Source: Rhodobacter capsulatus SB 1003
GTDB lineage: Bacteria > Pseudomonadota > Alphaproteobacteria > Rhodobacterales > Rhodobacteraceae
Direction of reading: 5' to 3'
NCBI RefSeq assembly: GCF_000021865.1
Contig: NC_014034.1
Location: 1,320,001-1,352,000 of the forward strand
Length of the DNA: 32,000 bases
Positions 9,303-17,342 of this stretch are shown here, one piece after another. The notes below the pieces were generated by a model. It was not told where the DNA came from, made no database searches, and saw only the letters and a list, made by a program, of their open reading frames with translations. Positions within the stretch are counted from its first letter, which is position 1. Every line of letters begins with the position of its first letter. The position numbers and the translations under genes are program-made.

Positions 9303-9653
9303 TCACCACCAAGCCCAATAGAGCACCATGTCGCCGCGCGCGATGGCAGCGCGCGCCCGCTCGACAAACGCAAGGTCTTCGTTTCGCTGTGCACGTCCTT
9401 TCGACGAGGACCCAAAGAAGAGGCCCTCCGTCTTGGGCAGACGCTTCGCGCGGATATCTCGTTCCATCGCGTCCAAGTCCTGGAGGCCGAGCGGTGCGAA
9501 GGCGCGGTTAATATTGCCGATCACGCCGTAGCGGCGGGCGCGATCCTCCACCCAGCCATGCAGGTCGGGGTGCTTGCGCCAGACCGCGAGTGTCTCGGTC
9601 ACGACATTGGGGCGATTGCGGGCGACAGCAATGGCGCGCATATCCAACCCCAT
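9303..9653 (-). CDS. Hypothetical protein (116 aa, net basic)
   Basis: ORF with coding-like composition. Its ATG overlaps the stop of the upstream 58-aa ORF (TAATG). No family recognised by eye. Confidence 0.55.
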   Translation of the reverse strand: MGLDMRAIAVARNRPNVVTETLAVWRKHPDLHGWVEDRARRYGVIGNINRAFAPLGLQDLDAMERDIRAKRLPKTEGLFFGSSSKGRAQRNEDLAFVERARAAIARGDMVLYWAWW

Positions 9654-9829
9654 TACCGCGCCTCTTCAATCAGGTCGGCCCAAACCGAGATGACAGCCGC
9701 CCATTTCGCAAAGTCTTCGGCGATGGCCGCATCGCAGATTTTGGTCGTGTCGTCGTCGAGTTCAATGAACTCAACTCCGATCCCGGCGAGGGCATGTCGG
9801 ATGTGATCGAACTTTTCGTCAGTCGTCAT
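9653..9829 (-). CDS. Hypothetical small acidic protein (58 aa, about 14 D/E vs 5 K/R)
   Basis: My own translation: MTTDEKFDHIRHALAGIGVEFIELDDDTTKICDAAIAEDFAKWAAVISVWADLIEEAR. It falls below the track's length cut-off. Translationally coupled to the 116-aa ORF. Confidence 0.45.
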   Translation of the reverse strand: MTTDEKFDHIRHALAGIGVEFIELDDDTTKICDAAIAEDFAKWAAVISVWADLIEEAR

Positions 9830-10842
9830 GCTGGCACCCGCCCCGCTTCATCGACTGAAAGCCCTCACGGGGCGCGCGGATGACCGCGTTCGTTTGTTTC
9901 ATGTTTGCTCCTATTTGCAATCTTCATCCGAAGCTCGGCGATGACGCCGAGCCGTTGAGACCGAGCCGTCATCAGACAGCGCCGGTCGATTAACCCCGCG
10001 TGGGGTTCTTGAGCGGAGACAGGCTCCGAAATGGATGAAAATAGAGAGCAGCCGATCCAGCCGTTCCGGCGTGGAGCAGGCTGCGCGGGCGAAGTGCCCC
10101 GCTACAGCAAGACCTTCAATAGTTCATGGATGCGATATCGGCATGCCGTTCCTCATGCGGCGTCCTACGCTCGTTCCGCTGCTCCAGTGCGACTCGTTTC
10201 GCACGTCCTCGTCCGCGAGTCAAGTGGAAACTTTTGTAACTCATTGTATTCAATGCTAAATTTTCGCTGATGTGCGCTTTGCCGCCGCCTGCTTCTGGGG
10301 CGGATGACGCAGTTCGTGGTCACGGACGCCTCGCGCATCGGCATTGAGACGCCGGTGCTGCGCATCGTCATACTAAGCGGGCGGCCAACCTCTTCAGGTC
10401 GTTCAGGGCTTATATCGAGCCCCTGATCCTGCAGACCATCTCAGCGGGGACGAAGGTCGGTTTCGTTGTGCCGATTTTGCCGTGGATGCCCGCGCGCACG
10501 CCGATGCCGAGGGCACGGATTGGCGCGAGGATCGCGTCGGTCTCGGGCCGCAGGACGACGAGCGCTCCAACAGGGAGCAGGTGTCACGGAATCGTGGTGA
10601 TTCCGCCGGTTGGGTTGATGTTAGCGGCGAATCCCCTGATCTGGCAGGATCGGAAGGACCCGAGCGCGCCTTGCTCGCCGAACAAAAAGCATAACAGTGG
10701 GGTGCTGCGTTTTTGTGGCGAGTCGCGGCTTAACGTCGGCCCGTTTCCGCGCAACGTGAGGCGTGTCCCGAGCGAGCACGGTGACCCGCCCCTCCCAACC
10801 GTCACACGGGTAGGGACGGTCTTCGTTGATCTCTGCAGGACA

Positions 10843-13614
10843 TCAGGCGGCGTCCTGAACGAGCGGGTAGTCGAACCCGCTGCCATCGTAGCCTGCCCCA
10901 TCGTATTTCCAGTGCGTCGCGGCACGCCGTTTCCTCGCCGACCGCCTCATGCTTCGGCGCTCTTCGGCGTCCATGCTGAGGTCGATCGCGTAGCGCAGGT
11001 GGACGCGGGCGGGCGACGACTGGATCAGGCTCCACAGGTGCCGGTTGATCAGCAGGTAGTGCTCGGCCTTTCCGTCCCATCGGAAGCCGAGGTTGCGCCC
11101 ACAGGTCTGGTTGATCGTGTCGATGTGGTCGAGGATCACGCAGTCGTCGCGGCCGAGGTAGTCGTTCAGCGCGCAGAGTTGCTCGTGGCGGTAGGGGGCC
11201 GAGAACATCGCGGTCTGGAGGAGGCTCGTCCCGATGAACGCGTCGCTCCCGCGCGCCGCCATGTGCGTCGTGACGCCCTCGATGCAGTTCGTGATCGTGC
11301 GATAGCCGGACGCGCGCTGCCGCATGATCCGCTCGTCGGCATCGTTCAACGCTTCTTGCAGGCGGTCCCGGTTCAGGCTGCGATGCTGGATCAGCTTGAA
11401 GGCGTGCTTCGGCACGAAAGGCATCGTGAACCGCGCCACCCCGAAGTCGTCGGGGCAGCAGGCGGTCGGCAGTTCCTCGGTGGTCAGGATCACGATGCGG
11501 TCGGCGACGAATTCCTCCTCCCGCCGATACCAGCCGTTCCGCGCGATCATCCAGTCCCGCACCGCGTTTGGCGAATCCGGCGCATAGAGCGAAAGGTAGC
11601 CGTCCTGCCTGTGCGGGTTGATCTCGCGGCAGAGGTCCGAGTAGGAGCCGCGCCCACTGACAGTCACAGGCTCGTAGTCGGAGAGATGCCACGCGATGCG
11701 GCGGACCTCGTCGAACGAGGGCTTGTTCGCGCCGCGCCACGTCATGAGCGCGGCGAGGTAGGCGTTGAACATCTCGTCCGGCTTCCGTGCCCTGGCCTTG
11801 ATGCGCTCCGCGAACCGGAAGAGCGTCGCCGGGATGATCGAAAGGAAGGTGTCGACCGACGCCTCGTCGTGGACCAGCAGTGACAGTTTCGTCTCGGCCA
11901 GCGCGGCGGCGTTGCGCAGGTTCATCCCGTTCTGCCAGAAGGCGGGCGACCAGATCAGCCGCGTCGGCGAATGCTGCTGCCAGAGATGGGCGGTGTCGTG
12001 GACGGCAAAGAAGACGGGAACGTTCGAGCCCACGCCGTCCAGGACCTCCTGGCAGTAGCCGCCCATCACTTCCAGGACGTCGGGCTGGCGGACCCGCACC
12101 ATCTCGAACAGGCTCGGGAACCCGCCCTGGGCGGCATCCGCCGACGACAGAACCGGCACGCCGCGCTGGTCCGCGCAGAGCGCATAAAGCCTCGACCACG
12201 ACTCGATCCAGACCGCGCGGTATCCGCTCCCCTTGTGCATCTGGTTGAACTTGTTGACCTTCTCCTTTGCCAAGTCGTAGGTGGCAAATGCGTACATCGA
12301 CGGCTGGCCGCCCGCGAAGGCGTGATGGTGCGCCATGACCGAGGTGGTCTTGCTCGCGCCCTCCGGTGCTTGCACCAGCACGCGCGGCAGGTCCGCCGCC
12401 GCAAGGTCGCCGATGACGTCGGCGAGCATCTGGCGCGCCTCGTCGTGGGTGGTGGCCGAGCAGGCGGCGGCGGTGGTCGTCAGTTCCGCCACCCAGATGT
12501 CCATCATGCGCCCCAACCGCGCGGGCAGCACCGGCGCGTCGTCGATGGTGTCGCTGTCCGTGCCCACGAGGGCGACGAAGCGGTGGCTTTCCCGCATGTA
12601 GGACGACGGCGTGTCATCGCGGTCGGAGTTGGAGAACAGCGCGCGGTAGCCGGTGCCGTCCGCCTCCAGCCGCTCGAAGCGGGGCCAGCCCGGGAAGTGC
12701 TCGCGCAAGCGAAGCGCGATGTGGTCCAGTTCCGCTTGGCTGAAGCCGCCGGTGCCGCTGTCCTTGCGCGTCCTTGCGCTGCGGGCCACGGGCGGCGGCG
12801 CGAGGAACAGGTCCGGCTGGAACAGGCTGGCCGAGACTTTCTTCGCCGCCCGCTTGCGGTAGGCTTCCCAGATCACGACCTGCGGGTTGCCGTTGCGGTG
12901 CGTGCCCCAGGGCAGACGGCGGAACTGCGAGGGTCCGGCGCACGCCGCGTCCGGCCGGTCGTGCCCGGTATGCTCGGCCACGATGGCGCGGAGCCGTCGC
13001 CAGTGCGCCTTGAACCCCTCCTGCAGGTTAGCGTCGTCGGGCAGCGCGGGGATGAGGTCAGTCTTGAACACGAGGTGGATGTGCAGCGACTTGTTGCCGG
13101 ACCACGCCACCGTCAGGCCGAGGTAGTCGGCAAAGCGGTGACCGAGGTCGGCGTGCAGCTTCCCCATGAGGCTTTGCGCGGCATCGTTGCCGGGCGAACG
13201 GCACCAGCCGAACTGGACGGACGGCGGGATGTTGACCGGATCGTCATACTCGAAGGTGAAGACGTGGTGCTTCCCCAGCGCCACCCGCGCCGAGGGCGAC
13301 CTGTAGGTGTCGTCGTCACGGCCAACCGGGACGAGCGGGTTGGTGAAGTAGGCGTAGAGCCCCGGGTCGATGTCGTCGCCACGGGCGGCCCGCTCCTGAA
13401 GGGCACGCGAGATCGCATGGTCGCGCGACGTCTCTGCGCTCGGCTGGATCACGATCTCAGGCAGGTTGGGGAGGAGCACCCGCTCGATGAACTCCGTGCG
13501 GGGAGCCGCAAGGGCCTTTTCCAGTTGCTTCTGGGCTTTCTTGCTGCGCGCGAGGTCCGCCCGCGCCATGGGGTTTTCGATGGCGTCGAGCCATCGCTGA
13601 ATCAGGTTCGTCAT
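10843..13614 (-). CDS. Primase-polymerase (AEP-like) / P-loop NTPase fusion, probable island replication protein
   Basis: 923-aa ORF. The N-terminal third carries AEP-like motifs in order: FTFEYDDP (DxD), SGNKSLHIHLVF (sGxxxH) and FRRLPWGTHRNG (hR.PGt.N). The centre has Walker A-like QAPEGASKTT and Walker B LSLLVHDEAS. Confidence 0.6.
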   Translation of the reverse strand: MTNLIQRWLDAIENPMARADLARSKKAQKQLEKALAAPRTEFIERVLLPNLPEIVIQPSAETSRDHAISRALQERAARGDDIDPGLYAYFTNPLVPVGRDDDTYRSPSARVALGKHHVFTFEYDDPVNIPPSVQFGWCRSPGNDAAQSLMGKLHADLGHRFADYLGLTVAWSGNKSLHIHLVFKTDLIPALPDDANLQEGFKAHWRRLRAIVAEHTGHDRPDAACAGPSQFRRLPWGTHRNGNPQVVIWEAYRKRAAKKVSASLFQPDLFLAPPPVARSARTRKDSGTGGFSQAELDHIALRLREHFPGWPRFERLEADGTGYRALFSNSDRDDTPSSYMRESHRFVALVGTDSDTIDDAPVLPARLGRMMDIWVAELTTTAAACSATTHDEARQMLADVIGDLAAADLPRVLVQAPEGASKTTSVMAHHHAFAGGQPSMYAFATYDLAKEKVNKFNQMHKGSGYRAVWIESWSRLYALCADQRGVPVLSSADAAQGGFPSLFEMVRVRQPDVLEVMGGYCQEVLDGVGSNVPVFFAVHDTAHLWQQHSPTRLIWSPAFWQNGMNLRNAAALAETKLSLLVHDEASVDTFLSIIPATLFRFAERIKARARKPDEMFNAYLAALMTWRGANKPSFDEVRRIAWHLSDYEPVTVSGRGSYSDLCREINPHRQDGYLSLYAPDSPNAVRDWMIARNGWYRREEEFVADRIVILTTEELPTACCPDDFGVARFTMPFVPKHAFKLIQHRSLNRDRLQEALNDADERIMRQRASGYRTITNCIEGVTTHMAARGSDAFIGTSLLQTAMFSAPYRHEQLCALNDYLGRDDCVILDHIDTINQTCGRNLGFRWDGKAEHYLLINRHLWSLIQSSPARVHLRYAIDLSMDAEERRSMRRSARKRRAATHWKYDGAGYDGSGFDYPLVQDAA

Positions 13615-14159
13615 ATCAATCTCTTCAAGGCAGCCTGCGCCGACAGGCCGGGAGCGAAATTGCTCCTGCTCCTACTTATACCAGCGCGCCCGTCGCGGCG
13701 TCGATATTCGCGGAAACGGCAACCCCGCCGAAGGCTGGACCTTGGCGGGGGAGATTCGGGGCGGAAGAGAAACGCGGAATCGTCGCGGACCAAGGGACCG
13801 CTGCCGCGCCAGTTGGCGCTGGCCTGCAGAGATTTATCATAGGTCTGGATACTCGATGAGCAATCTGTGTCCTGCGCGCCCCATTCCTAACCCTTCAAGG
13901 CAACGGGTGTTTGCGTTATGGCAGGAGAAAACCCCCTGATAAGGGGTGGCCCGATATATATAATAAGGTTGCCGCTTACGAGGGGGTTTCTTTCCAAACA
14001 AAAGGACGACGAACGCCGTTGCCGTGAAAGGTGAGGCAAGGCGTGCTCTCCGAGCCGTCGCGGGAGCGACCCATGCCCCGCCATGGCCCAGTTCCGACGT
14101 CGCCTTACCTCTGGTGCTCCATCCTTTTCGCGTTATCCACGGACCCGGCTTCCCGCGCC

Positions 14160-15245
14160 TTACTCTTGGCGGAACCACAGGAAGCCGACCGGATCAATGT
14201 CAGCGAGACGCTGCACCGCCACCGGCTCCACGCAGTCCCGATGAGCGAGCGCGAGAGACCGGATACCCCGCTGCCGCAGATGCGCCCGGATCGCGCGCTG
14301 CACGGTGACGGGCGCGGGCTCGTTGGCCACGCCATAAATCCCGTCGCAGACCCAGAACGTCTCCGCGCCGTCGTGCAGGCGGACCAGTTCGACCACCACC
14401 GGGGCGGCGCGCCACTCGGCGTAAGCGGTCACCCCGAGCGCGGCATTGGTGATCTTGCCCGCACGCTCATCGTCGAGGCAGTTGCGATACCGCTGGCCGC
14501 AGGCGCGGAAATCGTCGCCGGTGCGCAAGAAGGACAGGTCGGCGTCATCCTCCAGATCGCAGAGCGCGTAGCCGTAGCGCAGCAGCATCCGCGTCACCCA
14601 GGCGCGCAGGTCATCCGCGCCCCGCTGCTCCAGCGATTGGGCGAGCACATGGTCGGGCAGGCCCAGACAGGCGCGCGTCAGGACCTCCGACGCCTGCTCG
14701 ACCTGACGGGCCATCGCGGCCCCGCCAATTGCCGCGACGACGCTGGGGCGCAGATAGGCGTCGCGCAGCAGATCGAGGCTGCGCAGGTAATCCGACGTGA
14801 TCCGGCGCGATTGGCGCAGGCATGTCGCCTGCCGCCGCGCCCGCCGGGTCGTGCCGGTCAAGATGGAGACGATGCGGCCATAATCAGCGGGGGCATCAAG
14901 TGGGCTGCTGCCGGTCTTGGCGACCGTGGCGGCCAGCGCCGGGATTGCGCCGTGGCAGGTTTCCACGATCTCGCGCGGGGTCGCCGTGAGCAGCCACTCG
15001 ACAAGCACCTCGGGCGCGAGGCTTCGGATGGTGGCCGGGGTTTCGGCCTGATCTCGGTCTTGCAGTTTGGCCAGCGCCGCGAAAACAGCGGAGCGGCGCT
15101 CCGCGCTCGCAACAGCCAGAGGGCCGATCAAGCGGCGATCTGCCGTGTTTTCGATGTCCATGAGCATGGGCAGCGCCCAGCCGCGCGGCACATCCGGGCT
15201 GCGGCCGAGGTCAGCGCGCCGGTTGGTGGGGGGATTTTTGGTCAT
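14160..15245 (-). CDS. Hypothetical protein (361 aa), no recognisable motifs
   Basis: Long ORF. Start trimmed to the ATG at 15245, which is preceded by AAGGGAGA. Lies between the primase gene and the divergent Type III mod gene. Confidence 0.65.
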   Translation of the reverse strand: MTKNPPTNRRADLGRSPDVPRGWALPMLMDIENTADRRLIGPLAVASAERRSAVFAALAKLQDRDQAETPATIRSLAPEVLVEWLLTATPREIVETCHGAIPALAATVAKTGSSPLDAPADYGRIVSILTGTTRRARRQATCLRQSRRITSDYLRSLDLLRDAYLRPSVVAAIGGAAMARQVEQASEVLTRACLGLPDHVLAQSLEQRGADDLRAWVTRMLLRYGYALCDLEDDADLSFLRTGDDFRACGQRYRNCLDDERAGKITNAALGVTAYAEWRAAPVVVELVRLHDGAETFWVCDGIYGVANEPAPVTVQRAIRAHLRQRGIRSLALAHRDCVEPVAVQRLADIDPVGFLWFRQE

Positions 15246-15548
15246 AGTCGTCTCCCTTGATGCGTAATCGCTCTGGGAGACGGCGGGAGACGAAAAGGGT
15301 GATCGGCGGGGGCATGGTGTCACCTGTGCTGGCGCGGTTTGATGCACAGATCGGGGGCCGATCCTCGGTGCCTCTTATACACCACCACCAAGAGCAGGAC
15401 AGCCGTGAATGAGGCGGGCCAAGGGAATTGCAGGGCGATAACGGCCGCCGATCTCGTTGCGCCAAGACTGTCGTCGGGACGATTTGCACCTTGCCGGTGG
15501 ACCGTATGGTCTGGTCTAAAGGGCGTAGCAGTTGGCGGGGGTATTGCG

Positions 15549-17342
15549 ATGACGGAGCTTGTGTTCAAGGGCAAGGAATTTGTTTGGAACCATCACCTTG
15601 CGGTGCCGTTCCGGCCCTTGGTCGTGCAGGCGGAGAAGGGGATCGGCGAGGCTCGGCTCGACGGCAACCTGATCATCCAGGGCGACAATCTGCACGCGCT
15701 CAAGGCGTTGATGCCGATGTATGCGGGCAAAGTTGACTGCATCTTTATCGACCCGCCCTATAACACCGGGAACGAAGGCTGGGCCTACAACGACAACGTG
15801 AATGCCCCGATGATCAAGGAGTGGCTGAACTCCAACCCCATCGGCATCGAAGACGGGCTGCGCCACGACAAATGGTGCGCGATGATGTGGCCCCGACTGC
15901 GTCTGCTACATGAGTTGCTGGCAGAATGGGGAAGTATCTGGATTACGCTTGACGACAACGAGGCGCATCGCGCGAAAATCCTGCTGGATGAGATATTTGG
16001 GGAAGATGCTTTTGTCGCAAATATGGTGTGGCAGAAGCGGTATGTTGCAAACGTGACTGCGCTTCATCTTTCCGACATGCACGACCACGTTCTTGTCTAT
16101 GCTAAGAACCCGTCTGAATTCGCTTTGGGGAAAATCGGCAGAACTGAAGCACAGGCTGCTGATTACAAAAACCCCGACAATGACCCGCGCGGCCCTTGGC
16201 GCGCTCAAGACCTGTCCGCCAGTAAGCAATATCAAGCAGGCATTTTCACAATAACCGGTCCCGATGGAGCTACGTTTGATCCTCCACCGAACCGCTATTG
16301 GCGGATGAACCGCGCGCAATACGACAAATGGCTTGCGGAGGGGCGCATCAGCTTTGGTGTGACGGGGAAAGGCAGGCCGATGTTGAAGCGGTTCCTGACA
16401 GAAGCACAAGACGGCCTCACGCCTGTAACATGGTGGAGCCATGATTTCGCTGGTCACAATAAAGAAGCAACACTGGAAATGAAGGACATCTTCGATGGTG
16501 CGTCCCCCTTCGACACGCCAAAGCCGAAGCGTTTAATTTCTCGCATACTCGAATTGATTGGCGACGACGATGCGCTTGTTCTCGATTCCTTCGCGGGTTC
16601 CGGCACGACCGCCCATGCCGTCCTTGAAGCCAACAAGCGCGACGGCGGTAGCCGCCGTTTCATCCTCTGTGAAATGGAAGACTATGCCGACCGTCTGACC
16701 GCCGAACGGGTGCGGCGCGTGATCAATGGCTATGCTTTCACCGGCACTCAGAAAACCGAACTTGCCCGCGAAAGGCTGAACTGGCGCTCCATCGAGAAGG
16801 CCGCCGATCTGGTCCACAAGGTGCAGGCCATCGAAAACCTGCACGGGCACGAATACGATCGGATCAAGAAGGAGGTGAAGGACGGGGAGCTTGTGGTGAC
16901 GGGCGAAAAGGCCGTGAGCGAACAGGCCGAGGGACTGGGTGGCACATTCACCTATTGCACGCTGGGCGACCCGGTCGAGCTTGACCGCATCCTGACAGGC
17001 GAAGACCTGCCCACCTTCGAGGCGCTTGGCCCCGTGCTTTACCACATGGCCACTGCCGAAGTGGCAGACCCCGCCGTGCTGAACGCAGTCGATTTCTACC
17101 TTGGCGAGGCCAGCGCCTACATCCTCTGGCTCATCTACAAGCCTGATCTGGAATGGCTCAAGTCAGCCGACGCCGCGCTGACCCTTTCCTTCGCGCGCGG
17201 CATTCACGAACTGCGTCCCGACAAGAAGCACCTTGTCTTCGCGCCCGCCCGCCATGTCAGCCAACGGATGCTGGACAGTGAGGGCTTGGGGGTAGAGTTC
17301 GCGCCCTTGCCCTTTGCCCTTTACCGGGTGGAGCGGGGCTGA
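15549..17342 (+). CDS. mod: Type III restriction-modification DNA methyltransferase (Mod; N6-A/N4-C class, beta-type motif order)
   Basis: Motif IV DPPYNTGNEGWAYNDN precedes motif I SFAGSGTTAHAV. The N-terminus LIIQGDNLHALKAL is typical. ATGA overlap with res. Start placed at MTELVFKGKEF (15549) rather than the track start at 15339. Confidence 0.9.
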   Translation: MTELVFKGKEFVWNHHLAVPFRPLVVQAEKGIGEARLDGNLIIQGDNLHALKALMPMYAGKVDCIFIDPPYNTGNEGWAYNDNVNAPMIKEWLNSNPIGIEDGLRHDKWCAMMWPRLRLLHELLAEWGSIWITLDDNEAHRAKILLDEIFGEDAFVANMVWQKRYVANVTALHLSDMHDHVLVYAKNPSEFALGKIGRTEAQAADYKNPDNDPRGPWRAQDLSASKQYQAGIFTITGPDGATFDPPPNRYWRMNRAQYDKWLAEGRISFGVTGKGRPMLKRFLTEAQDGLTPVTWWSHDFAGHNKEATLEMKDIFDGASPFDTPKPKRLISRILELIGDDDALVLDSFAGSGTTAHAVLEANKRDGGSRRFILCEMEDYADRLTAERVRRVINGYAFTGTQKTELARERLNWRSIEKAADLVHKVQAIENLHGHEYDRIKKEVKDGELVVTGEKAVSEQAEGLGGTFTYCTLGDPVELDRILTGEDLPTFEALGPVLYHMATAEVADPAVLNAVDFYLGEASAYILWLIYKPDLEWLKSADAALTLSFARGIHELRPDKKHLVFAPARHVSQRMLDSEGLGVEFAPLPFALYRVERG

